The translations under genes and the position numbers were made by a program. This document shows, piece by piece, positions 29,148 through 38,921 of a stretch of DNA of 64,000 nucleotides. The stretch covers positions 3,808,001 through 3,872,000 of the forward strand of contig OZ245365.1 in assembly GCA_965226495.1 (NCBI GenBank), in the 5' to 3' direction. Position 1 is the stretch's first letter. Each line of letters opens with the position of its first letter. The notes beneath the pieces are model-generated. The model was given only the letters and a program-made list of their open reading frames with translations, was not told the DNA's origin and made no database searches. This DNA comes from Candidatus Marinacidobacterales bacterium (GTDB lineage Bacteria; Acidobacteriota; Vicinamibacteria; Marinacidobacterales; DATDRI01).

Positions 29148-31283
29148 ATGAAAGCCAAGTTGACCAACAAGGAAGTCAGCTGGCTTTCGTTCAACGCCAG
29201 AGTGCTTCAAGAAGCGGCCGATCCCAGCGTCCCACTCCTCGAGCGTCTGAAGTTCCTGGGTATTTTTTCCTCGAACATGGACGAGTTCTTTCGCGTTCGT
29301 GTGGCAACGCTTCGCCGCCTTTCCGACATCGGGAAGAAATTCAAGAAAATCGTTGGGCATGATCCGAAGAAAATCCTCAAGAGGATCGGAGAAATATCGG
29401 TCGCCCAGTACAAGCTGTTCGATTCTGTTTACGAGGAGATCCTCAGAGGGCTGGCGAAAGAGAGGATCTTCATCATTGACGAGAAACAACTCACCACCGA
29501 GCAGGGAGAGTTCGTCACATCCTATTTTCGGCGCGAGGTTCGTCCCCACCTCATGCCGATCATGCTAGACCAAACCTCCACTTTCCCTAATTTGCGCGAC
29601 GACGCCATCTATCTCGCGATTTGCTTCCCCAAGGACCAAAAGACGTCGAAGAACCGATACGCCCTGATCGAAGTCCCCAGCAAGGGAGTTTCCCGGTTCT
29701 TGTTGCTTCCGCCGATCGACGGAGCTCAATACATCGTCTTACTCGACGACATCGTCCGCTACTGCCTGCCGGATATCTTCTCCCTGTTCTCTTTGTCCGG
29801 TGTCCCGAACTTCGAGGCCTACACGGTGAAGGTGACTCGCGACGCGGAGCTCGACATAGACAACGATCTCACGGAAAGCTACGCGAGGAAGGTATCCAAG
29901 AGCGTCAAGCAAAGGAAACAGGGTAATCCGGTTCGGTTCGTCTACGATGCGAACATATCCGAACCACTCCTCGAGTTCTTGACCAAGAAACTTCGGCTCA
30001 CCAAGGACGACACTCGAATACCCGGCTCGAAGTATCACAACTTCGAAGACTTCGTGAACTTCCCCAAGGTCGGGTCAAGCAGTTTGCGATACGAGCCCAG
30101 AATCCCTGTTCCCGTGAAACGCCTCGAACCGGGGAAAAGCGTCCTCGCCGCCATTGCCAAGAACGACATTTTGCTCCACTTCGCGTACCAGTCGTTCGAC
30201 CACGTCCTCGCTTTGCTAAGAGAAGCCGCCATCGACCCCAATGTGACCTCTATCAAGATCTCCCTGTACCGCATTGCGCGGGACTCCGGTGTGGTGAGCG
30301 CCCTCATCAATGCCGTTCGCAACGGTAAGAAAGTCACGGCGGTGGTAGAGCTTCAGGCTCGGTTCGACGAAGAGGCTAACATCCTCCTCTCCACCAAACT
30401 TCAGGAGGAGGGGGTGCGAGTCATCTCTGGCGTACCTGGATTGAAGGTTCACGGAAAGTTGTGCCTCATCGCAAGGAAACAGAAACGTTCACAAGTCCTC
30501 TATGCATGTCTCGGCACGGGAAACTTCAACGAAGATACCAGTTCCATCTACGGCGATCACTGCTTGCTCACTTCGGACGAGCGATTGACCAAGGAGGTCG
30601 CCTCGGTGTTCGACTTTTTCGAGAACAAGTATCGGTTCGGTGATTACAAGCACCTCCTGGTTTCCCCTTTCAACGCGCGGAAGAAATTCGCCAAGCTGAT
30701 CCGAACCGAGATCCGAAATGCTCGGAAGGGCAAGGAATCGTACATCATCGCAAAACTGAACAACCTGGCGGATCCGGAGATCATACGGCTGCTCTATCAG
30801 GCCAGCGGCGCGGGCGTCAAAGTGCAATTGAACGTAAGAGGCATGTTCTCTCTGGTGCCCGGAATCCCTGGGCTCAGTGAGAATATCGAGGCGATAGGCA
30901 TTGTCGATCGATTCTTAGAACACTCTCGCATGATGGTGTTCTGTAATGGCGGATCCCCGAAATACTTTCTATCCTCCACCGATTGGATGACGAGAAACCT
31001 GGATGGACGCGTCGAAGTCACGTTTCCCATCTACGATGCGTCGCTTCAAGAAGAGATTCGATCTTTCTTGGACATTCAGTGGAAGGACAACGTGAAGGCG
31101 AGGCTCCTCGACGAAAAACTGAGCAACACGTACCGCGAGGCTACCTCACCAGGAAGAATCCGCGCCCAGGTCGACTTCTATGACTTACTGATGAATCTCT
31201 ACCGAGAAGAAGAAAGAAAGCCCGGCCAGCCCAGCCCGCTGAGTAAGCTCGCCCAGTTCCCCCGCACGGCGTCATCCTCCTGA
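29148..31283 (+). CDS. ppk1: Polyphosphate kinase 1
   Basis: SWLSFNARVL, SSNMDEFFRVRV, ELQARFDEEAN, KVHGK, GTGNFN, DRFLEHSR, RNLDGRVE. Confidence 0.97.
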   Translation: MKAKLTNKEVSWLSFNARVLQEAADPSVPLLERLKFLGIFSSNMDEFFRVRVATLRRLSDIGKKFKKIVGHDPKKILKRIGEISVAQYKLFDSVYEEILRGLAKERIFIIDEKQLTTEQGEFVTSYFRREVRPHLMPIMLDQTSTFPNLRDDAIYLAICFPKDQKTSKNRYALIEVPSKGVSRFLLLPPIDGAQYIVLLDDIVRYCLPDIFSLFSLSGVPNFEAYTVKVTRDAELDIDNDLTESYARKVSKSVKQRKQGNPVRFVYDANISEPLLEFLTKKLRLTKDDTRIPGSKYHNFEDFVNFPKVGSSSLRYEPRIPVPVKRLEPGKSVLAAIAKNDILLHFAYQSFDHVLALLREAAIDPNVTSIKISLYRIARDSGVVSALINAVRNGKKVTAVVELQARFDEEANILLSTKLQEEGVRVISGVPGLKVHGKLCLIARKQKRSQVLYACLGTGNFNEDTSSIYGDHCLLTSDERLTKEVASVFDFFENKYRFGDYKHLLVSPFNARKKFAKLIRTEIRNARKGKESYIIAKLNNLADPEIIRLLYQASGAGVKVQLNVRGMFSLVPGIPGLSENIEAIGIVDRFLEHSRMMVFCNGGSPKYFLSSTDWMTRNLDGRVEVTFPIYDASLQEEIRSFLDIQWKDNVKARLLDEKLSNTYREATSPGRIRAQVDFYDLLMNLYREEERKPGQPSPLSKLAQFPRTASSS

Positions 31284-31296
31284 GTGGGCAGCGTTC

Positions 31297-32928
31297 GTGA
31301 CGAAACTCCCACCCCAGCTCGCGGATCGGCAACCCGAGGAAGTTTCTCGCGTGCTCGCTCTGTCCTTGATCGAGGAAGCTGCCGCGGCTCTGGAGCGGAT
31401 GGGAAACCCCGAAGACGACGAGGCCCTACACGATTTCCGGGTCGGGCTGCGTAGACTTCGGAGTGCTATCCGGGCTTACCGCCCATACCTAAAGGATAGC
31501 GTTCCCAAGAAAACGCGTAAGGAGCTTCGGTTGCTCACCGCATCTACCAACGCCGCACGCGACATGGAGGTTCAACTTGCCTGGGTCCGTGCTCAGCGAG
31601 ATCGGCTAAACGAGACCGAGACCGCCGGACTTCGCTGGTTGGCCGAGAGATTGGAACCACACGACGAGGACAACCGTGAGGAGCAACTCCGAAGGCTGAA
31701 CCAAGACTTCAATGGGATTCGCAAGTCTCTAAGGAAAAGACTTTCTTTTTGGAAGGTGCGACTCGACGTCACCGATCAGGACAAGAGCGCTTCGTTCCGA
31801 AAAGTGACGGCTGACATCTTGCAGGAGCAACTGGCAACGTTGGTCGCACAACTCGACGCCATCCACGCGCCCGAGGACAACCCGCAAACTCATTCGGCCA
31901 GAATCAGCGCGAAACGACTCCGTTACTTGCTGGAACCACTCGGCCGGGCCGTTCCCGGGACAAGAGCTCTCGTAAAACAGTTCAAGGGGCTTCAGGACGT
32001 ACTGGGCGACTTGCGCGACACAAACTTGATGGTGGTTGAGATCGGTGCGGCCATGGAGGCCTCGGCGATCGAACGAGCTCGCCGTCTCCATGAGCGCACC
32101 TTTCAGCAGGGCGACACGGTCGAGTTGGCCCCTGACAGAGCTGACAAGAGTGACAAGCCGGTCGTTCCTGCCGGTCCGGACGAAAACTTCGGACTACTCG
32201 CGCTGGCGAGATTGTTGAAAGAGAGACGCCAAGGTCTCTTTACTCGATTCAAAACTGAATGGCAGGGCCATCGGCTCGAAAAGTTCTGCTCCGAGCTCGA
32301 GGAGCTCGGAGCCAATATGAGCTCGTTCGGAGAGGATCGGCTAGCGGTCCGTCGTTACATCCTTAATAGAGTACCCGACGGGTTGAAGCGCTACCCCAGT
32401 ACGTCAATCCAAGAGGGGTGGCTTCCGGGCGCCAACATCGAGGAGTCCCTGAGGCGGGTGCGCACCAGCGAAACCGTTCGTTACTTCCGGATTATTCTCA
32501 AGGACGCCGAAACCAGCGCCCCCCCCCAGGAAGGAGTCATATCGCGGCGCGTCTTCGAGAGCCTCTGGCCGTTGACCGCGAAGCGACGGATAAGCAAGCG
32601 GCGTTACGAGATTCTGAACGGTTCGCGAACGTGGCGTATCGATGTCTTCGTGGGCATAGAGCTAGTGCTGGCGGAGATCGACGTGCGCCCCAATGAGCTC
32701 GCTGAAGGCGAGGTGCAACTGCCCGAGGAACTAGCTCGTTGCCTTCAAAAAGAAGTGACCAGCGACAAAAAATACCGGCGCCCGTACGCGATTCCCAAAA
32801 GAGGAAGAAAAAGGCCTCCCAGGAAGATCGATCGCGCGAGCTCGAGCCCCACGAGGGCCACGACGGCCACGACAGAAAGCCAGAATCGCGTTCTCGAGGA
32901 AAAGCCCCCCCCGCAATGGACGCGATAG
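31297..32928 (+). CDS. CHAD domain protein with degenerate C-terminal CYTH domain
   Basis: LHDFRVGLRRLRS, HSARISAKRLRYLLE, LQDVLG (CHAD); IQEGWL, ISKRRY, WRIDVF, LAEID, EVTSDKKY (CYTH). Confidence 0.85.
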   Translation: MTKLPPQLADRQPEEVSRVLALSLIEEAAAALERMGNPEDDEALHDFRVGLRRLRSAIRAYRPYLKDSVPKKTRKELRLLTASTNAARDMEVQLAWVRAQRDRLNETETAGLRWLAERLEPHDEDNREEQLRRLNQDFNGIRKSLRKRLSFWKVRLDVTDQDKSASFRKVTADILQEQLATLVAQLDAIHAPEDNPQTHSARISAKRLRYLLEPLGRAVPGTRALVKQFKGLQDVLGDLRDTNLMVVEIGAAMEASAIERARRLHERTFQQGDTVELAPDRADKSDKPVVPAGPDENFGLLALARLLKERRQGLFTRFKTEWQGHRLEKFCSELEELGANMSSFGEDRLAVRRYILNRVPDGLKRYPSTSIQEGWLPGANIEESLRRVRTSETVRYFRIILKDAETSAPPQEGVISRRVFESLWPLTAKRRISKRRYEILNGSRTWRIDVFVGIELVLAEIDVRPNELAEGEVQLPEELARCLQKEVTSDKKYRRPYAIPKRGRKRPPRKIDRASSSPTRATTATTESQNRVLEEKPPPQWTR

Positions 32929-33018
32929 AAGCCTCCCTTCTGCCGCTTCGCCGCACGTCCGCCCCGAAAAGCAATAGCCAAGCAAGCCAAGCGTTAGCCG
33001 GTATCTCGACGTAACGCA

Positions 33019-33831
33019 TCAGATCTCATCGGCGAGCGGCTCCTGGAAGATCTTCCGATCTTCCAAACGGATCGCGGTCAACGCTCCGCCCCAAACGCAA
33101 CCCGTATCGATCGCTATCAAGTTACCTTCCAACCGAAGGCCTAACGCCGCCCAGTGTCCGCAAATGACGGTTTCCGATCGGCGGGAGCGGGTGGGCAAGT
33201 CGAACCAAGGAATGCAGCCGGAGGGAGCGGCGTCGGGGGGGCCACTGAAATCCAAACACATCCGCCCCTCCTTTGTACAAGTCCGCATGCGGGTCAGCAC
33301 ATTGGCAATGGCACGTAGACGTTCCGGACCAGAAAGACTCTCGTTCCACGAAAGAGGGTTGGGATCTTCGAACAAAGCGTTCAAAACGTGAACCCGGTCT
33401 TCGCTCCGGAGCTCCGACTCCACTTCTGCCGCTAGCTCCCGAGCTTGAACCACGCTCCACGCAGGCAGTAGTCCCGCATGCACCAAGACGAACGGCTCCT
33501 CGACGTGGATCAGAGGACGACAAGCCAGCCATTCCAGCAGTTGCTCACGATCGGGTGCCACGAGGATCTCCTCCAGCGTGTCGCGAGGCTTGGTTTTCCT
33601 GATGCCGGCCGCAGCGGCGAGAAGATTCAGATCGTGGTTGCCCAAGACCGCCGTCAGCCGATCCCCAAACGTGTAGGCCCAACGCAGGACATCGAGTGAG
33701 CGGGGTCCTCGGTTCACCAGGTCTCCGACCAACCAAACCCGATCTCTTCGTGGATTGAAGCCGGCGCGCTCGAGCAGCCGGGTCAATGTTTCGAAGCAGC
33801 CTTGTATGTCTCCTATCGCGTACGTCGCCAT
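33019..33831 (-). CDS. apaH: Symmetrical bis(5'-nucleosyl)-tetraphosphatase
   Basis: MATYAIGDIQGC, GDLVNRGPRS, LGNHD, VHAG, LTRMR, GHWAALG, DTGCVWGG. Confidence 0.95.
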   Translation of the reverse strand: MATYAIGDIQGCFETLTRLLERAGFNPRRDRVWLVGDLVNRGPRSLDVLRWAYTFGDRLTAVLGNHDLNLLAAAAGIRKTKPRDTLEEILVAPDREQLLEWLACRPLIHVEEPFVLVHAGLLPAWSVVQARELAAEVESELRSEDRVHVLNALFEDPNPLSWNESLSGPERLRAIANVLTRMRTCTKEGRMCLDFSGPPDAAPSGCIPWFDLPTRSRRSETVICGHWAALGLRLEGNLIAIDTGCVWGGALTAIRLEDRKIFQEPLADEI

Positions 33832-33875
33832 TTGCCGTTACAATTCTAGCAGTAGTTTCGAATGTCGAGCCGACA

Positions 33876-35375
33876 ATGAGTGCCAAACCAAAATCCGACA
33901 TGTACGGTGCCGTCGACCTGGGATCGAACAGTTTTCACATGTTCGTGGTCCGCGTCGCCCAGAACGACTTACATGTCGTCGACCGACTCCGAGAGAGGGT
34001 GCGGCTGGCAGCCGGCTTGGACTCGAATAATCATCTCACCGAGGAAGCCGAAGCCCGGGCGCTGCTATCGCTCGAGCGTATCGGAGAGCGTCTTCGCGAC
34101 CTCCCTCCTAATCAAGTGCGCGCCGTGGGAACGAACACCCTCCGCCGTGCCCACGACGCCGCGGCATTCCTCCGCCGCGCCTCGAAGGCTCTGGGACACC
34201 AGATCGACGTAATATCCGGACTCGAAGAAGCGCGCCTCATCTATCTCGGCGTCTCACACACTCTACCCGACTCATCGGAACGTAGATTGGTGGTCGATAT
34301 CGGTGGCGGTAGCACCGAGTGTATCGTGGGTGAACGCTTCGAACCGCTCGAAATGGCGAGTCTATACATGGGCTGTGTTTCCTATAGCATGAGATTCTTT
34401 CCAGGTGGCGAGATAAACGAAAAGAACATGTTGCGGGCAGAGACCGCGGCACGAGTCGAGCTAGAAACCATTGAGCGGAAGCTGAGAGACCTCGGATGGG
34501 ACATGGCCTTCGGATCTTCGGGCACTATCTTCGCTATCGAGGAGATCCTTCGGCAGAACGAGTGGAGCAACCAAGGCATTACTCGCAAGGGGCTCAAGAA
34601 GCTCCGCAAGGCCTTGGTCCGAACGGGCAGCACGGAAGAGTTCGTGCTTCCCGGTCTAAAAACAGACCGGGCGCCGGTACTGCCGGGAGGACTCGCCATT
34701 CTCAACGCCGTCTTCGACAGTCTCGACATCGAGAGGATGAGCCCGAGTACCGGTGCCTTACGAGAGGGGATCCTTTACGATCTGCTTGGCCGCATCCGCC
34801 ACGAAGACGTTCGTGACCGCACCATCCAGCGTCTTGCCGAACGCTATCACATCGACCGCGCGCAGGCCGCGCGGGTCGAGCACACCGCGCTCAACTGCTT
34901 GACTCAGGTAGGCGACGCATGGGAGCTAAGCGACGAGGAGTATCGTCAGATCCTCGCGTGGGCCACGAGACTCCACGAAGTAGGACTCACCGTGTCTTAT
35001 AGCGGCTACCAAAAGCACGGCGCCTACTTGCTGGGGCACTCCAATCTGCCGGGCTTCTCGAACGACGAACAGCTGTTGCTCGCATCCCTGGTAGGAAGTC
35101 ATCGCCGGAAGCTATCCCGAGGGCCCTTCGAAGAGCTCCGCTCCGTTTCTATCGATCAGGCGCTCCGACTCTGCGTCCTGCTTCGACTCGCGGTCCTCGT
35201 CAATCGCGGCCGCAGTCCACGCCCCCTCCCCCGTTTCAAGCTGAAGCCGGAGAAGAACAAGCTCGTCATCGCCTTCCCCGAAGGTTGGCTCGAGGAGCAC
35301 CCCCTGGCACACGCTGACCTCGAAGAAGAAAAGTCCTTCTGGAAGAAAGTGGACTTCCAACTCGTGGTAAGCTAG
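33876..35375 (+). CDS. ppx: Exopolyphosphatase Ppx/GppA
   Basis: DLGSNSFH, GTNTLR, EEARLIYLGV, DIGGGSTE, GALREG, LHEVG. Confidence 0.95.
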   Translation: MSAKPKSDMYGAVDLGSNSFHMFVVRVAQNDLHVVDRLRERVRLAAGLDSNNHLTEEAEARALLSLERIGERLRDLPPNQVRAVGTNTLRRAHDAAAFLRRASKALGHQIDVISGLEEARLIYLGVSHTLPDSSERRLVVDIGGGSTECIVGERFEPLEMASLYMGCVSYSMRFFPGGEINEKNMLRAETAARVELETIERKLRDLGWDMAFGSSGTIFAIEEILRQNEWSNQGITRKGLKKLRKALVRTGSTEEFVLPGLKTDRAPVLPGGLAILNAVFDSLDIERMSPSTGALREGILYDLLGRIRHEDVRDRTIQRLAERYHIDRAQAARVEHTALNCLTQVGDAWELSDEEYRQILAWATRLHEVGLTVSYSGYQKHGAYLLGHSNLPGFSNDEQLLLASLVGSHRRKLSRGPFEELRSVSIDQALRLCVLLRLAVLVNRGRSPRPLPRFKLKPEKNKLVIAFPEGWLEEHPLAHADLEEEKSFWKKVDFQLVVS

Positions 35376-35407
35376 GCGCCCGCTTAGCGCCAAGGACTAC
35401 TGCTTTC

Positions 35408-36883
35408 ATGTTAGAGAAGGTCAACCTATCCCAGAAGACCTCGAAAGAGGACTACCGCAACACGATCTCGGAGTTAGAGACGAAATTGGGTAGCCTGCTG
35501 AGACGGGCGAGGGATCTCAAAATTCCCCTCATCGTCGCGTTCGAAGGCTGGGGAGCGGCCGGCAAGGGCACGATCATCAATCGCCTCATCCTATCGATGG
35601 ACCCGAGACAGTTCAATGTTTATCTCACGGGGGCCCCGAATGAGGAAGAACAACTGCGGCCTTTCCTCTGGCGGTTTTGGATCAAAACACCGAAGAGACG
35701 AAGGACCGTCGTCTTCGACCGATGTTGGTATCGACGAGTCTTATCGGAGCGCGTAGACAGGGTCGTCAAGAAGCCGGCCTGGTCCAGAGCGTACGGTGAG
35801 ATCAACTCCTTCGAACGACAACTCGTCGACGGCGACACGGTTATCGTCAAGTTCTTTTTTCATATCAGCAAGAAGGAACAAAAGAAACGTTTCGCGAAAC
35901 TGCGGCGAAATCCGGCCACTGCGCTTAGGGTTACCAAGGAGTACCGAAAACAACATCAACAGTACCGCAAGTATGTGCAGGCTACCGAGGACATGTTAAC
36001 CAAGACGGACACCGCAGTCGCTCCTTGGACGATCGTACCCGCCCACGATCGCAGGTTCGCCACCATCAAGGTATTCCGAACCGTCATCGGCTACTTGGAG
36101 CAGAAGATCAAAACCATCGAAGACAAGTCGGAATCGGTGAATGCCGCTTACTTTCTACCGCCGGGCCCCACTTCTTCCGTTCTCGACGAGGCCGACTTGA
36201 GCCTGTCTCTTACCCGGACCGAGTACGAGAAAGAGCTGAAGCGCTGCCAAAATCGACTTCTCGAGCTCGAATATGAAGCCTACGCGAAGAGAATCCCTGT
36301 GGTGGTCGCCTTTGAAGGTTGGGACGCGAGCGGAAAGGGGGGGAGCATCAGGCGGCTCGCACAAGCGATGGATCCGCGAGGCTATGAAGTGATCCCCACT
36401 GCCGCTCCTACCGAGGAAGAGAATGCCCATCCTTACTTGTGGCGTTTCTGGAAGCGTTTCCCCAAAGCGGGACACGTTGCCATCTTCGATCGCTCCTGGT
36501 ACGGGCGTGTCTTGGTCGAACGAGTCGAGGGCTTCGCCACGCCGACAGAATGGAGAAGGGCCTACAACGAGATCAACGAGATGGAGGAGCAATGGGTCAA
36601 CTTCGGCTCGGTTCTGGTCAAGTTCTGGGTTCACGTCGACCAGAATGAGCAGCTGAAAAGGTTCCAGGAACGTCAGGAAAACCCCTTCAAAAAATGGAAG
36701 ATTACCGACGAAGATTGGCGGAACCGAGAGAAATGGGCGGACTACAAGACTGCGGTGGACGAAATGCTCCGCCGGACCAGCACCACCTATGCACCCTGGA
36801 CGATCGTCGAGGGAAACTCCAAGCTATACGCTCGCATTAAAGCGCTGAGAACGGTACAAGCTGCGATTGAAGACCGTCTCTAG
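35408..36883 (+). CDS. pap: Two-domain PPK2, polyphosphate:AMP phosphotransferase
   Basis: Two PPK2 domains: FEGWGAAGKG/FDRCWY (degenerate) and FEGWDASGKG/FDRSWY (canonical). Confidence 0.92.
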   Translation: MLEKVNLSQKTSKEDYRNTISELETKLGSLLRRARDLKIPLIVAFEGWGAAGKGTIINRLILSMDPRQFNVYLTGAPNEEEQLRPFLWRFWIKTPKRRRTVVFDRCWYRRVLSERVDRVVKKPAWSRAYGEINSFERQLVDGDTVIVKFFFHISKKEQKKRFAKLRRNPATALRVTKEYRKQHQQYRKYVQATEDMLTKTDTAVAPWTIVPAHDRRFATIKVFRTVIGYLEQKIKTIEDKSESVNAAYFLPPGPTSSVLDEADLSLSLTRTEYEKELKRCQNRLLELEYEAYAKRIPVVVAFEGWDASGKGGSIRRLAQAMDPRGYEVIPTAAPTEEENAHPYLWRFWKRFPKAGHVAIFDRSWYGRVLVERVEGFATPTEWRRAYNEINEMEEQWVNFGSVLVKFWVHVDQNEQLKRFQERQENPFKKWKITDEDWRNREKWADYKTAVDEMLRRTSTTYAPWTIVEGNSKLYARIKALRTVQAAIEDRL

Positions 36884-36962
36884 CGGCTCTCCACAATAAT
36901 GTCCCGACGCCCCCAATATTTTCCTTGACACGCCTCCCCCCCCGTTGAATCTATGATAGCGT

Positions 36963-36984
36963 ACATGCTACATGTGTAGCATGT
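36963..36984. promoter_or_regulatory. BlaI/MecI/CopY-type operator
   Basis: Perfect palindrome acatgcTACA-tg-TGTAgcatgt just downstream of TATGAT (36952-36957), 80 bp upstream of blaI-like gene. Confidence 0.85.
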
Positions 36985-36991
36985 TAACGCG

Positions 36992-37049
36992 TGCACAATA
37001 TTGGATCTGACCCCCGTTATGTGACCGGGGTCAGATCTAAAAATGTGCA
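36992..37049. repeat. REP-like inverted repeat in blaI leader
   Basis: gatctgacccc (37004-37014)/ggggtcagatc (37027-37037), extended by tgcaca/tgtgca. Confidence 0.6.
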
Positions 37050-37064
37050 AAGGAGTGAGTTAGC

Positions 37065-37451
37065 GTGGCAGTTCCTCGAACGTTACCGGACTTGACCAAA
37101 CCGGAGCTCGCGATCATGAAACTCTTCTGGACCGCGGGACCACTCAGCGCCCGGGAACTTCATGAGCGTCTCCGGTCCTCCACCGCCTGGGCCTACTCGA
37201 CGACGCGGACTACGCTCGATCGCATGGTGAAAAAGCTCCTGCTGACGAAAAAGGATTTTCACGGCATCAACCTGTACGAGCCACGGATCACGAAGCCGGT
37301 CGGGATCGCCCAGCTCGTCCGAGACTTCGCGGATCGGGTTCTCGAAGTGGAACCAAGCTCGGTGGTGTCGCTGTTCGCACGAAGTGAGTCCCTCACCGAG
37401 GAAGAGATGAAGGAACTATCCGAGCTTCTCTCTCAGGGCGTAGACCGATGA
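37065..37451 (+). CDS. BlaI/MecI/CopY family repressor
   Basis: LTKPELAIMKLFW, WAYSTTRTTLDRMVKK, LTEEEMKEL. Confidence 0.92.
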   Translation: MAVPRTLPDLTKPELAIMKLFWTAGPLSARELHERLRSSTAWAYSTTRTTLDRMVKKLLLTKKDFHGINLYEPRITKPVGIAQLVRDFADRVLEVEPSSVVSLFARSESLTEEEMKELSELLSQGVDR

Positions 37452-38914
37452 GTCGTGGTGAACTCTTGCCGCCGATAGAGGCCCTGGCATCCTCTCTTCT
37501 CGGCTTCGCCACGTTGGAGGTCGTGTACTCGACACTGCTTTGTCTGTTCGTCTTAGTCCTGGCTCCCTGTTTGCGGGGACGGCTGCCCATGCTCCAATAC
37601 TGTTTGTGGGCTCTCGTGTTGTTGCGACTGGTCTTGCCCACCGAACTGGCCTCTCCTTGGAGCCTCCGCAGCCTTCTCGCAGGAAGTCAGGTTTCCGTCA
37701 TGGAGGAGGCCCTGCCGATCTGGCAGGCCAACCATACGACTCACACGCTGAACTCCCTTCCAGATCCACATCCCACAGTCTCTTGGCGCACCGCCGTTGT
37801 GGCGGCTTGGCTTGCGGGAGTACTTCTTTTCGCTTGCGGTATCACGAGACGTCTCTTCGTCTATCGCAAGCTGATTAGAACGGCTCGACCGGTGCAAGAC
37901 CGTAAACTTGTGTCGCGGCTCCGCTGGTGGCGGGCCAGCTTCAAGATCCTGCGACCGGTTCGGCTGTTCACTTCGGAAACATCTTTGCTTCCATTCACTC
38001 TGGGTACGCTACGACCGGTGATCTATCTGCCGCAGGCCATCCTGCGCGAGGCCCAGCCGACCGTTGCGGATTCCGTCATCGCACACGAGATGGCGCACAT
38101 CAAACGATGGGACGACCTCTGGCTTCGCTTCCAGAACGTGGTCCAGGTCCTCTACTTCTTTCATCCCGTGGTTTGGATTGCCGTGAGCCGCATGAACGAC
38201 GAACGGGAGAGAGTTTGTGACGAGATGGTTCTCTCACGGAACGCTCTATCACCCCGCACCTATGGCCGTAGTCTTCTCACCGTGCTCGGGCTCGACCTGA
38301 GAGGGCGGCAATCGGTCGCGGTAGCAGCTTTTGCGAACGACAGAAAGAGGAGGTTCTCGATGCGAATCCGTTACATTCTGAACGATAAGTCCTCGCGGGG
38401 TCCTCGGCCCGTTCTATCCGTAACCCTCGCGCTGGCGCTGGCCTTGCTCCTCTTACCCATGGCCGTTGTTGGCGCTCGCGAAACGCGAGTCGAAAGCGCT
38501 CGCCTCCAATCTCCTCGGATGACTCATCCCCTCCCAGAAGGAAGATTGACCTCCGGCTTCGGAGCGAGAAAGGATCCCTTCAACGGTCAAGCGATAGACC
38601 ACCCGGGCATTGACATCGCTGCACGACGTGGCGTGGACGTATTGGCACCCGCCGACGGGACCGTCGAGATCGCCGAAGCGAAGTACAGCGGTGGAGCCCA
38701 TTTCGGTACCGTCATCATCATCGACCACGGCAGAGGTCTCAAAACCTTCTATGCCCACCTAGGGAGCGTCACGGTGGAGCCCGGCCAGAACGTGCGCGGG
38801 CAAGAACCAATCGCCAAGGTAGGGTCGACCGGAGAGTCCACCGGTCCCCATCTTCACTTTGAGATCTGGGAGAGTGGCAACCCAGTGGATCCGCTACGAT
38901 TCGTCGCCCGTTAG
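37448..38914 (+). CDS. BlaR1-like M56 peptidase fused to M23 domain
   Basis: TM N-terminus, AHEMAHIKRWD, FFHP, ERVCDE; M23 motifs HPGIDI, YAHL, STGPHLHFE; ATGA overlap with blaI. Confidence 0.9.
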   Translation: MSRGELLPPIEALASSLLGFATLEVVYSTLLCLFVLVLAPCLRGRLPMLQYCLWALVLLRLVLPTELASPWSLRSLLAGSQVSVMEEALPIWQANHTTHTLNSLPDPHPTVSWRTAVVAAWLAGVLLFACGITRRLFVYRKLIRTARPVQDRKLVSRLRWWRASFKILRPVRLFTSETSLLPFTLGTLRPVIYLPQAILREAQPTVADSVIAHEMAHIKRWDDLWLRFQNVVQVLYFFHPVVWIAVSRMNDERERVCDEMVLSRNALSPRTYGRSLLTVLGLDLRGRQSVAVAAFANDRKRRFSMRIRYILNDKSSRGPRPVLSVTLALALALLLLPMAVVGARETRVESARLQSPRMTHPLPEGRLTSGFGARKDPFNGQAIDHPGIDIAARRGVDVLAPADGTVEIAEAKYSGGAHFGTVIIIDHGRGLKTFYAHLGSVTVEPGQNVRGQEPIAKVGSTGESTGPHLHFEIWESGNPVDPLRFVAR

Positions 38915-38921
38915 CCGAGAT

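Noticed and set aside
30495-30530. Ppk1 YAHxGTGN His replaced by Cys
   Set aside because: The autophosphorylated His (KVHGK) and LEHSR His are intact, so there is no reason to call it inactive
35408-36100. Degenerate Walker A in first PPK2 domain of Pap
   Set aside because: An inactive N-terminal domain is already known in two-domain PPK2 enzymes
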